A stretch of 64,000 nucleotides of DNA, taken from contig JBHGNT010000004.1 of the NCBI GenBank assembly GCA_043228905.1, positions 20,150,001 to 20,214,000 on the forward strand, read 5' to 3'. Shown piece by piece: positions 27,690 to 39,416 of the stretch. This DNA is from Azolla caroliniana (lineage: Eukaryota > Plantae > Polypodiophyta). The position numbers and the translations under genes were made by a program. The notes beneath the pieces were generated by a model. The model worked only from the letters and a program-made list of their open reading frames with translations. It was not told where the DNA came from and did not search any database. Within the stretch, counting starts at the first letter, position 1. The number at the start of each line of letters is the position of its first letter.

Positions 27690-29260
27690 TTATAGTAACG
27701 TAGGCGTTTCAATATACTGAAAGAATAATGAGAAACATCTTATTCTGAATATTTGTGGTTACGCATGGTTAACTTTAAGGTTTTTATGCCTTAAATGGTC
27801 TGCTCCATCATCTTGATCATTAATTAAGCAGGCTGTCTAAATTATTTTATACTTTATTGCTAGCTGTATGGTAATGTAGTATTTTCAGATTCAAAATTGG
27901 AAATAATGGCAAAATAACACACCTGCACATTGAAGAAACCAAAAATCTCGTGGCTTTTGTTGTTAGCTGCCTTATATCTGTTGAAATTTAGTTTTTATGT
28001 GTCTTAAAAGCTTAGTGTTATGGTGTGTAGATTATTACATTTTTTTCACAGTTTATTATACTGTAGATGGTTGTAAGCTGCTTTTATTTCCAATTTTGAG
28101 CTTTTTCCATGTTAAATGATGGCATGTATCATATGGTTCCTTAATTAAGCACAACTTCCAGTTCCTATTGATAATTTGCTACATTGTTGATATCCTTATG
28201 GTATTATGCTACAGTAAGAACAATGGCAAAAGAAAGCATTATTTGCAGGAAAAATAAGCTAAGATTTGTGGTTTTCTGTGTTAGCATAGTTAGGCTGCTG
28301 TACCTCTATTTAGATTTGAGGTTTTTTCCATGTTAAGTGGCAATTAGTTTTATTGGAGCACGGTTCAGGTTATTATTGCATCCCGTATTGTAATGTAGGT
28401 GTTAATCCACTTTTCCTCTATCCAACTATGATATTTGTACATGTTGGTGGTCTGTATCTTCATGTTGATCCTCAATTAGGAACTATTTTGAGTAATGTAT
28501 TTCTTGTAAGTATCTGCCTTGTATGTAGCCAGTTTTGAGTTTTTTGCAGTTTAAATGATGGTGTGAGTCATAACTAGGCACAGTGTTTAGTTTGCACAGA
28601 CTTTTGCCATATTGTTTCTATGCTATGTAGGTCAAATGAAGCTTAAATAGCTTAAATTTGAGGTTTCTGAGTGTTAAATGGTGGATTTATTAGGTACAAT
28701 CTTCACACTCTGCAGATAATTTTGATATATTATTGTTGGCTTTATGATAATGTAGCCGTTTTGAGTTACTGAAAGAACAGCTCATCGCAAAAAGGAAAGA
28801 TTTCTTACTGAGTTGACCAGTGGAACCTACAAATGTGTGTATAGACTGGAAATATGGAGTTGTCTAAGTTTCTCTTTTAAGCTTCCTAATATCTAGCCAA
28901 ATATGAGTTTTTTTATTTGTTACATAATGGCCAGCTTCATTATGTTGATCCTTACTTAGGTCTATGTATTGATTAGTGGATATGTTGTTGCATGTTTTTG
29001 TGTATTGTTAGTGTTTGTAAGCATAGTTAAACTGCCTTTTATCTGTTCAATGTGAGTTTGTTGTATATTGGTATGCTTCATCATATAGATCCTTGGTTAA
29101 GTAATATGTTCAGACTATTTCATTATTTGATGCATAATTGCTTGTCTTATGGTAATGTAGGTGTTTCAAGTTACATTAATATTAGCTCATCATCAAAGGA
29201 AACCTTCTTACTGAGTGGAGCTTCCGGAACCTACAGAAGTGTGTATAGTCTGGAAATATG
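27690..29260 (+). repeat. Degenerate reiterated intronic unit containing a 3' splice-acceptor-like motif
   Basis: TAT(G/A/T)(G/A)TAA(T/C)GTAG motif at about 27691, 27867, 28386, 28743 and 29148. The 28743 and 29148 copies align over about 110 bp (..CTTACTGAGT..GGAACCTACA..GTGTGTATAG.CTGGAAATATG). Confidence 0.65.
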
Positions 29261-29311
29261 CAACGATTAGTTGTATAGCAATCTATTCTTTTGAAAGAAA
29301 CCAAGTTGGAA

Positions 29312-30699
29312 ATGGCTTGTAAGAGAGAAATAACACAAGAACACATGTTAGGCACCGGCTCCAGAAAGGATGAAAATGATATTATTAAGGGGAAACTTTT
29401 CAAGAAATCCCCTGAAATAAGAGAAGTTAAGGTTCTGCCAGATGTAATCATAATTGATGATGATGACAGTGGAGAGGTTGAAAATCATAACACATCTGAA
29501 GATGTTGAATTATGCGAAGGTGATTATGAGAGTGATGTTGGATCTAGATCTCATAGACAATATAATACTATTCAACCAAGTCATTATGGTTATGGTAATG
29601 ATAATAGAGATTTAAAAAAGCTGGGGCCTAATCATACAAGGACTAGAAAGGGTGAGAAGAGACCTGTACAGATTGTGTTTGATAACACAAAAGAATCAAG
29701 TACCTCTTCTGACTGTGAAATTATTGAAGATGTGGGAGGGGAATTTCGACATGAATGGGAGAAAGCTTCACTTAGAAAACAACTAGGAAAATCTTGGAGT
29801 TGCCAAGCTGAGAGTGAAGAGAGCACCACTGCTACAAATGCTACTAGTCCTTTGGCAAGAAAACAGTTGCAACGAGCGGAAAAATTTCAATATCAAGAAA
29901 CTAGTCTGAGTATACAGGGGCGATCAGATCCTTGCCAATCTGGCTCATCGATCCCATCCTTTCAAAAGGGAAGAGATGAAGAAGAAAATAAAATCATCAT
30001 GCCTAAACTTCCACTGCTTTTTGATCAACAGGATTCAAATAACGTTGCTTCTGATGCAAGATCAGGAAGCTCCTCAGATTCAGCTGATGATGAATCGGAG
30101 GCAATATCTAGCAGTTTTGGCAATGATACAGATGCATTCAATGAAGGGACAAGTAGTCCTCGTTTAAAATCAATCATGATTAAATCAAATAATGATATTA
30201 TAAGTGGAGGGAAAGGCAATTGTTTAATAGAGTATGCTGATAATGAACTTCAAAAGAAACTATTTGAAGCTCAAGTATCATCAGCTATGAGAAGGATGGC
30301 CAAAGAAAGTGAAGAAGTCCAACATACACAAGGACAAGTGAGAACACTTTGGCAGGTATATCCTCATTTCTGTTTATTATTTGCAAAGCTTTTCATCCTT
30401 CAGCCAGAGTTTGATCTTAAATGAGTGGTGGTTAATCCTTTGCTTTAGTGACATACGTAATTATTAGTATGTGTCATTTCATTGCTAATATACAAGTTTT
30501 CAATTGGTATCCTTGATCTATGTGAGTTGTGGTTAATCCTTTGCTGTAGTTACGTGTTTTATACCATTGCAAATGCCATTGTCGGTTGAATATTCATTGT
30601 GATCTGGTATAGGATCCTCAATGCCAACCGAAGAAACGCAAAGCTGATGCTGACCTGAAGGGGAAATCCAAAACAAAGGAGTTAATTAGATACATCTAG
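29312..30699 (+). CDS. Acidic, Ser-rich, probably disordered protein resembling the N-terminal part of a plant DnaJ-domain family; no J domain seen
   Basis: Open exon 29312-30355 (DVIIIDDDD, SSDCEIIEDVGGEFRHEWEKASLRK) with donor CAG|GTATA, and an in-phase last exon 30613-30699 (DPQCQPKKRKADADLKGKSKTKELIRYI*, containing an NLS-like PKKRK). The family assignment is from memory of the CEI.ED..G..R..WEKA.L motif. Confidence 0.65.
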
Positions 30700-31156
30700 C
30701 TTGCATCTTTGTTATTTGTGAGCTTTATTCGTTGAAATTTGATTGCTCTTTCTGTGCTGAATGATTAAGCTCCAGCTTTTGTAAAGTTTTCTTCTGAGTA
30801 AATAAAGCGTAAAGCAGTATCTAAAAGATTGATTGGATTGTTAATTATCTAATGTTCTTTCACCTGGTGCGTTAGTTAACATTTCTTGTTATCATTAGCT
30901 TGTCACATTGACAACCCAATGATGTAATCGTTGCCAAACAAACTATAGGAAAATCAGTTAAAGCTTACGCCAAAGATTATAAGCTTATTGCATCTGGTAT
31001 AATATGCTTAGAATGTTTACACAATCCTCCCATCACTTTTTTGCAGTGTAAAACTTCTGTGTTAGTTTCAAATTGTAACAACTTTGGCTTTGAAACTTAT
31101 ACTACCTCTAAGAAAATGAATCAACGGAAGGGAGTTGTAACTTGTACCCATAGTTC

Positions 31157-31432
31157 AAGGTGATGATACTTGAAGCTCTCATGGCCTTTATGGGTTAGGC
31201 TACAAACATTCTACAATGGCAATGATATAGGAAGTGTGGTTGTAAGGTGAATTAAATCAAGAAAGATTGTATCACTTCAGATTGTCCTCTACGACTTGAG
31301 AGCATGAAGTTGGAATTGGTAGTAATCACACCTCAACATACTGCAGTGAATATGTATCTCAGCCTTGTATGCATGCACTGCCCATCACACCCTAGGTGGT
31401 GTTTTTTCCCAAAGCATCAACCAGAGATCACC
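31157..31432 (+). pseudogene. rrn18: Degraded mitochondrial small-subunit rRNA (rrn18) fragment, i.e. a NUMT
   Basis: CATGGCCTTTATGGG..CTACAATGGCAAT..GTAAGG..GAAAGATTG..CATGAAGTTGGAAT.G.TAGTAATC..GTGAATATGTA..GCCCATCACACCCT..AAGCATC..GATCACC follows the 3' domain of plant mitochondrial rrn18 (GAAAGATTGC, GTGAATATGTAC and GAAGCATC..GATCACC favour mitochondrial over plastid). Many CpG-to-TpG/CpA changes. Confidence 0.85.
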
Positions 31433-31925
31433 TGTTACTAACGTATGCCATGCCTAGTCGAATGTGTCTCGTTTAGATTGACCTTCATTTGAAATTAAAA
31501 GATCTCAGATATTGAATCATGAGACATCGTGACTTTGATCCCCAAACGTACCTTCAGCTATCTTGATCATTTAATTGGGAGTTCCTTATCTGACGAGTGT
31601 AGAACTTCCATACAACCTTTGCTATTACTACATTACCACAACTAGTATTACTACTTCTATCAAGCAACCCAATGACAATGGAGGGTTAGCCTTCCAAATT
31701 TCGATGAATGATGTTTGCATTCATTCAAGCTTTGAGTCGGTAGTCTTCCTTGTCTAAGACAACTTCATTTCGAGGTCTCTCTTATCCAAGAAACATTTGT
31801 CTTGATTCATAGGGTGATCAATAGATCCATTGTGTTTGGTACAATTAGCGCAGCCTATGGCACTTGGAATGTCTCTTTACAGTAATAAAACTCGTTGAGA
31901 GAGAGAGAGAGAGAAGAACCCAAAT

Positions 31926-32027
31926 GGATGTAGCTCAGTTGGTAAGGTTGCCCAATGAAGACTAGGTGGTCATGGGTTCAACCCCTACATTCTACAGTGG
32001 CATCTAGTGAAGTAAGAGATATCTATG
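31926..32027 (+). mobile_element. tRNA-derived SINE, copy 1 (3'-truncated)
   Basis: GGATGTAGCTCAGTTGGTAAGG...GGGTTCAACCCCTACATTC carries an A box (TAGCTCAGTTGG) and a B box (GGTTCAACCCC); preceded by (GA)n. Confidence 0.8.
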
Positions 32028-32053
32028 GGGGGGAGAGAGAGAGGAGCTCAGAT

Positions 32054-32206
32054 GGATGTAATAAGGTTGCCCAATGGAGATTAGGTGGTCATGGGTTCAA
32101 CCCCTACATTCCACAGTGGCATCTACTGATCTAGTAAAGTAAGAGATATCTATGGAGTAGTAGAGGCGAGAAATTTGGGTTTCGAACCCAAGATGTAGTG
32201 CTAAAA
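32054..32206 (+). mobile_element. tRNA-derived SINE, copy 2 (A box deleted, 3' body retained)
   Basis: Tandem to copy 1; B box intact; ends GAACCCAAGATGTAGTGCT like copy 3. Confidence 0.8.
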
Positions 32207-32229
32207 CAAGAGAGAGTAGATATTTTTAG

Positions 32230-34000
32230 CGGCCATAGAGAGGCCAATATTGACCCATAGGACAAAGAAAGTTATATTTTCATACTTAAGCACCAAGTCT
32301 TGATGTGTGAATAAGGCATGCACATGTGAGTTCAACCTTCACATTCTTTAGTGTCATACTCAAGTCATCACCCCCTCTTAATATATCATCATAGCTTTCA
32401 CGATTGCACTATATGTAGAGAATGTAAAAAGCAAGTGATATTCATCCTCTACTAACCCTTCCTTGCATATCTTACATGTCTTTATATTTGGCTGATTTTG
32501 ATTCCATGATGCAACTTCAATACCTAGATGGTGTGATCAAGTGTGAAGGAGTGTTAAGGCTCTACGAGAATTAATACTCATGTTAACGATGAGGTAAGGT
32601 TGAATACGATCAATAGGCCTTCTTGCCTTATGTAGAACCCAACATTCAAGATCGATGTTTTCAATATAATATTCTAATTTTGTTCTTTTAACATCTTAAA
32701 ATTTCCTCAACAACTACATATTTCATAGCATCACTTCAAAGTTCTAGGAGATCTTCTACATCCCATCTTTTGAACCATTTTTTTATGTCAACTACCCAAG
32801 TAGATGAAAGAATTTTGCTCTTATGATTCTTTTGTAGTTTACATCCAACATTCTAAGCAAGATGTGGTAAACTGTGATTTGGCATATTCATTACTTTTTT
32901 AATGCATCTCATCTCTATACTCTCTGTAGCACCACTATCTCTATAGTCAAACACCTACTTCCACGACCATCACTTGATAGGAGGTTGTGGATTTTACTCC
33001 CAATTGTCTCCTTAAAACATCTTTTGAATCTTCTCAATCTCATTCCATGCATTAAGAGAGATAGTGCCACCCCACACTTTTACTCCATAAAGCAAAACTT
33101 GTATTACCATGGGATTAAATAACATTAGTTTCACATCACTTGGTTGCATTTTTTCCAACATATAATATATTTTCTAACAAGCTTGAAGTTTAGACTCAGA
33201 GCATGTTGTCCATTTATTCGTGGAAGGTACATCGATACCAAGATACTTAAATCTTTGTACAAATTGTAAATGGTCTCCCTTATATGTAACCATAGAGTAT
33301 TGGTGAGGCTGGATGGTTCGCACTACCATCATTTTTGTTTTATCCACATTTACAGTTAGTCCTCTACTTTGGCAAAATGCTTCTAATGCTCCAAATAAAT
33401 GTTGCATACCATCATCATATGAAAAGATGACCACGTCATTTACATATAAAAGCAGTAAGATAACTTGTTGCATTAATTTTGGGGCATCTAATCCTTCTTC
33501 TCTTGCACCCCTATCAACCACTCTTCCAATTTATCAATGAATAAACCAAAGAGTGTATGTGATAATGAATATCTTTGTTTAACCCCATGTTACTTAATAA
33601 GTATTTTGAGAAACCATTCTCAGGTTTTAGTTGGAATCTAACTTGCTCAGATAATCATGCAATAGCAACTCCATACTCTAATGGCATGCCGATTTCCACC
33701 TTTCTATTCCAAAGCTCACTTCGTGGTACTATATCAAATGCTTTTTTAAATCAACAAAGCAATAACAAAGTGTCTTAGCTTGTAGTCAATTTTTTTCCAT
33801 AATTACCCTTAATGTAACTACAATGGAGTGTTTTGGTCTAAAACCTGTCTACCTAAGTGCTTGATTGTTTTGACTTTCAAGCCATGCACTTACCTTTTGC
33901 ATTTAGTTTAGCAATAGTTGAGCTCACCATGACTGTACAATAGTTATGATACTTTATTTTATCTCTTGCTTTAAAATTTGGCTTAATCCAATTCATGAAC
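32230..34000 (-). mobile_element. Decayed RTE-type LINE, RT and 3' part
   Basis: LLLYVNDVVIFS (YADD-like), GLTVNVDKTKMMV, FKYLG in the ORF at 33174-33521; DLKKAFD-like remnant near 33740-33750. Confidence 0.8.
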
Positions 34001-35034
34001 CAATCATTTGGCAAACCTAATAGCTTGACCTATGATGGTTTGAGCTTGGTTTTTTTTGCAATGGTTTGATTCGAATGGTTTTGGTTTAAACAATTTCATG
34101 GTTTGGTTTAGTTTAAGTTTCAATTTTTTTGAACGATTCAATTTTAATCGAACTGAACCAAACAATTGCCAATTGTTAGTGGTCACGGAGGGATGATCAT
34201 GCAAGGTACATATTTCTTGACTCCAATTCCAAGTATCTTCAAATATTTGAAGTTGGTTAGATCATACACTTCAATTTACAAACAAGGTTACAATCATTGA
34301 GCATCAAAGTGAACTCTTTTCCAATCTACACCTACAACATGGCACCAATTGTGTGTTAGTACAATATTCACACATCAAATACATGAACCAAAGGTAGTTA
34401 TACATAGTTGTAGATATGGAAATTGAACTAAGAACAATGAAAATATACACAATAAACACAAGATGGTTGTTATTGATATCCCTGTATTGTGTAATGCATG
34501 TTTTTAGGCACTACATTGAATAATGCATCAAATAGTGACAGATGAGTTCATTGTTTGGCATCAATTCTAGTTTTTCTTTAAGATTAAAATTTTTAGCCTT
34601 GCCCCCTGATCAATGCTTCACCCCGACCTGCTAAGAGAGGTAAAAATCCACACTCCCTATTATGACTTGTCTTCAATTTATTGGGCCATTGTTAAAAAGG
34701 CTTTCCATCCATAATGTGTGTATCAAATTTCACATAACAAGTAATATTGATCATGAAATGTTTCATGGTAACGAACATACATGTAATAAGAACAATGAGA
34801 AATGATTTATGATCTCTTTTAAGCTTTCAAGGAGTTGAATCTTATGGCATATACTTACCCTCATACTCTATACAATCCGACAATGATAAATCTTAAAGTT
34901 GTGTTAGCTCGACAAACAGAGACACATTGTCCCATCATCCTAATAGAGAATCCAACTTAAACCAACATGATGATGCCTAAGCTTCAATCCACATCGTATA
35001 TGTGTATTCAAAGTTTGTCGTGCGTGAATACCAA

Positions 35035-36802
35035 TCAATCACTACCCTCTGGAAATCTTCTCGCCTTTGCTCTCTTCACAATGTCGATCACCTTGTCGAT
35101 GTTTTTCAAAGATGACCCACCCAATTGTACAGCCGTAGAGACCACATCCTTCAACTCCAAAGCTCTAGCTTTAAAGCCATTGATTTCATCATGTAGAAAC
35201 ATAAAATTGACAACTCGGACGACCTCGTCACGGTGCACAAGCCGATTCTTCCGTGTTCGCACTCTAATGCCAACCTTCCAGACGTCCGTGATGAGTTTGG
35301 CATTCACAGCTTGCTCTGCGGCATTAGGCCAACATATCATTGGAACCGCCCCTAAGCATAGGTTCTCGAGGACAGAGTTCCAACCGCAGTGCGTGATGAA
35401 GGCACCGAGGGAAGGATGGGATAGAACTAGAGTTTGAGGAGACCAAGATATGACCATCCCAACTCCTTGCATTCTCTCTATAAAGCCATCGGGCAATACC
35501 TCGGAGACCGAGTCACGATACGAGTAGGGCGGGACGACCCATAGGAACGGACGCTTACTCGCCTCTAGGCCCAAAGCAAGCTCCACAAAATGTGAGTTTT
35601 CAAAGGAAAGCAAGCTACCAAAAGCAACATAGACCACAGATCCATGGTCTTGTTTGTCCAACCATAAAAGGCATTCATTTTGGACTGGCCAAAGACCAGC
35701 ACCATTACATGTACTGTTATTAGGGTTCTCTTTTGCTTCATCTAGTAGAAGGGCAGGACCTACTGCATATACAGGGGCAGCGAATTCTAGGCCATCGAAC
35801 ACCTCCTTCTCAATCTCTTCCACAGTATTCACAATGACTGCGGCCGCCTTCGAGGCTTGTTCGAATTGTGACTTCATGAACTTCATTCGGTAATGGTCGA
35901 GGCTCGGGCTCCTCAAAGACGTGGGGAGTTCACATGGATGCAATGGCGGGAGGCCCGGGAAGCATGTGATGAGATCCTTCTCAGCTTCTGCGGCCGCTGC
36001 CTCCTCCTCGGTCATCGATGAAAGATAGGATATGTCGGCATGCTCAGCTACACATCATCATTCACATGAATTAGGGTAACCAAACTTGAAGCATGAGCAC
36101 TAACCTAACATGAAATGGAGGGAGGGGGCAAAGACAAAGAAAAAGAAAAAGAAAAAGGAAAAGATTAGGGCAGAAAAAGAGGAGGTAAATACTAAAAACC
36201 AGAGAAGTGGAAGCAAGCTTTTTTTTTTGGTTGAGGACATGGAAAAGATTGATTTTACCTTTGATGGGAAGGATGCGGAGGTGAGTTAACTTGGGGATGG
36301 AGGCCATGAGCAGCATGGCAGAAGCATTAGTGGTGACAAATGTGACACAGGGGATGGCATACTTGAGAGCAAGGTCATGAGCCCAAATGATGAAGGCATC
36401 GGAAAGGATGAAGTCAGGGGGTGGGGGCCATATCTCCTCCTGCTCCTGCTGAACATGTGTGAGATCGCGTAACAACTCCTCCACTGAGGCTTGCATAGCC
36501 ATGGCGACCTCATAGCCATGGAGGAAAGTCTGATTTCGAGGGTGCTGCTGGGGGAGGCTGTCTGTGACGCCAAGGATGCGCAGATTAGGGTGGGGAGGAT
36601 GGAGGGGGGGCACCTTGGAGAGGAGGTGTTGCGGGAGCAGGAATGTGATGAAGATTTGGTGGCGGGAGAAGGCGGCTAGATGGTGGGACAGGTGCAGTGC
36701 AGGTGTGATGTGGCCTTGGAGGGGGTGAGGGATCACCACTCCATGCTTCACCTCAACCTTAACCTTAACCTTAACCTTGGAAGAAGATGAAGAAGAATCC
36801 AT
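35035..36802 (-). CDS. UDP-glycosyltransferase (GT1), 2 exons, ~518 aa
   Basis: Exon 1 36802-36259 (HGVVIPHPLQGHITP with catalytic His; ILSDAF) and exon 2 36047-35035 join in frame (phase 1, GT-AG). PSPG box WSPQTLVLSHPSLGAFITHCGWNSVLENLCLGAVPMICWPNAAEQ. Confidence 0.95.
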
Positions 36803-36861
36803 GGCCTCTCTGTTTCTCTGTTTCTATACACAGAGAGAGAGAGAGAGAGAGAGGCTAAGAT

Positions 36862-37023
36862 GGATGTAGCTCAGTTGGTAAGGTTGCCTGATGGAGAGCA
36901 GGAGGTCATGGTCATGGCACAATAAGTAGTGGCATGGCATCTAGTGAATTAAAAAGAGATATGTATGAAGTATGTAATAGAGAGGTAAGATAATTGGTTC
37001 TCTAGAACCCAAGACATAGTGCT
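36862..37023 (+). mobile_element. tRNA-derived SINE, copy 3, about 60 bp upstream of the UGT start codon
   Basis: GGATGTAGCTCAGTTGGTAAGGTTGCC...GGCATCTAGTGAA...GAACCCAAGACATAGTGCT; preceded by (GA)n; B box disrupted. Confidence 0.75.
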
Positions 37024-37314
37024 TGCATATAAGTGTAATAACTTACCACTAGGGTAAGGTACTTACCAAATAAAAAGGAGACTAAGAGACACAAGCGTGT
37101 GTGTGTGTGTGAGATATGTCCTTTTTCTCTCTCTTTCCTTTCTAATGCTTTGGGGGATCAAACATACCAATCATTTGAAGTGTGTGTGTGTGAGAGAGAG
37201 TGAGTGCGTGTACAATGTTGTGATTTGGTCATGTAAAGACTATGCCATAATGCCTACCATAACTTAATTGGTGTGGAGGCGTAAAGAGAGAGAGAGAGAG
37301 AGAGAGAGGGAGGG

Positions 37315-39416
37315 AGGAAAAAACGCAAGACTGGAGAAGGGAAGAAGAAGCGAATTTGTTTTTATTGCTGCGCTCTCTATCGGTAACAGAATTGAGCACA
37401 AAGACAAGCGTTGGAAAGCCCTCGAGTAGAGCTTCGCAACGAGATATAGCAAGTTGAATTTGGCGGTTTGTACGAGAAGCAGCGATAGCAATAAGGAATC
37501 TTGTGTTGTCGGCATCCACATACTCAAAACTCATTGTGGGTCTTCGATTGCTTTCAAAATCTTCGACCTCTTCAATCGGGTGAGTTCTGATTTTCTCTCT
37601 TGTTCATGGAAAATTGTTTTTATCCCGGATCGATATAATGATGGACATAAACATGAATTCCTCACAAATTGTGGGGGATATTGATATGGAAACAATTGAT
37701 CCAAAAAAAGAGTAATGTGATGGTTGAATGTAATCGTGAAAGGGAAGACATTGGAAGCTCTAAGAGGTTTAAGGGAATTGAAGAAATTAATGAGAAAAAA
37801 TTAACATATACCGAAATAATACATGTAGATGAAGTTGACAAGGATCACTGTAATTGGGATAATTTATGGGGAATTGCCAATACCTTATTGTCGGATATTG
37901 TGGAAGAAAATGAAAATGCAGTGAAAGAATGCATTGAAGAGGATGTGCATGATGTGGAATTTGATGCTAAGGCAGTTTTGCAATCATTTGATGTATTCTA
38001 TGATCGTGTTGTTATATTATTTTTTACCGACAAACTCCCATATGTTAATTGGATTAAACAATGGTTGAACACAATCGTGTCACCAAATTGTGTTGAAAAT
38101 ATATATGCGGGACCACGAGGGTTTTATGATGTGGTATTTCGTTCACCGGAGCATCGAAGTGCATTGTTGGGTAAAGTTCCTGTGTTTTTTGATAAACGAT
38201 TGGTGCATGTTATGAAATGGTCCCCCGTAGTGGACTATCATGCTTTGTTAAAACAAGAATGTCATGTTTGGGTTACAGTGGATTGTAAGCATGCTTTTTA
38301 ATGGCCACTTTTACCAGAGTTGATGAGTCAAATGGGTAAAGTGTTGATATCTCCACATGCAAATGCTACAAATAAGTGCAGATTTTGTGTGTTATGGGAT
38401 ACAAGTCACAAGAGGCCAGGATGGGTGCGTATGAATGCTCCTGGTATGAGAAGTCTTTGTTTTAAACTGAAGTGGGAGACATTTGCAGGTCATTGTTTTG
38501 GATGTGGTGAATGGGGTCACTTTATGGCGGAATGCCACGGTCATTGTCCTTCAACTACAGAGGTTCCTATTGAAGGGAATGATAAGGAAGGAGTTGGGAG
38601 AGATGTTGGTGTGTCAGATTTTGCGGATGAAGGAACATCACCTAGAGCAGGTTATAAAGAGGTCTCACTTCAAGGTTTGGGCCCTAAGAATAAGGGAATT
38701 GAATCTAAGGATATGGAAAAACAAAGTTTAGTGGTTAAAGATAAGGGGAAAAAATCGTTGGATAGAGCTAGTAGTGATGTTGTTAACAAAGATTGGCATG
38801 AGGTTAAGGGCAAGTCGAAAGGGAAATCAATGAATATGCAGCATAGTAGTTTGCCCACTACTTGTGTGACTACTTGGCAAGGCAATTCAGGAACTAGGGA
38901 GGGCCCTTGAAAAGTTCCTTGGCAACGACAATCTAGGGATAAGGGATTACCCCTTCACCTTCAATTTGATTCATTGGGACGAGTTGTAAATTCATCGAAT
39001 TCTCAAGGTTTTCGTCAAGCGGGAGGACGTAAAAAAAAGATTTCGATAGACAACCCTAAGGATGTGGTGCATGAAAATCCATATGCAGCATTGGAGCATG
39101 CTTTGACTAGTTTCATGACATTGGCTGCTCTAAAGGAGCAAGTGCTCCCATAATATTGTTGATTGAATGAAAGTGGTAACATGGAATGTGAGAGGGGCAT
39201 GTTCTCCTCATAAGAAGTATATACTATGGGAAACTTTGTTAAGTAGAGAATGGGATGTAGTATGTGCAATTCAGCATAAGTGTCATGAGTTAGCAGGATC
39301 CATAGTGCATTTGCGTGGATATTCATCATTTTATGCAGGACATCTTAATAATCATTATTCAGGTGTGGTATTACTCGTGAGGGATAAGTATTATCCTCAA
39401 GTGGTGCATAATGATC
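37315..39416 (+). mobile_element. 5' part of an L1 LINE related to the one at 18.3-23.8 kb, interrupted in the endonuclease by a Copia LTR
   Basis: ORF1 37669-38910 (GPRGFYDVVFRS, HCFGCGEWGHFMAEC); ORF2 start MKVVTWNVRG at 39167, ending abruptly at 39416. The 5' boundary is approximate. Confidence 0.92.

Noticed and set aside
31157-31432. Functional rRNA gene or bacterial contamination
   Set aside because: Short, heavily mutated at universally conserved positions and embedded in AT-rich nuclear DNA.
31926-31992. Possible tRNA gene
   Set aside because: A and B boxes are present but there is no proper anticodon arm or cloverleaf, and the sequence recurs with a shared non-tRNA 3' body, so it is a SINE head.
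34020-34165. MITE or telomere-like GGTTT/AAACC cluster
   Set aside because: Too degenerate: no clear TIR pair, TSD or TTTAGGG array.
36071-36802. Two separate UGT-like ORFs, or a UGT pseudogene
   Set aside because: A 211-bp GT-AG intron (36258-36048) joins them in frame into one intact gene.
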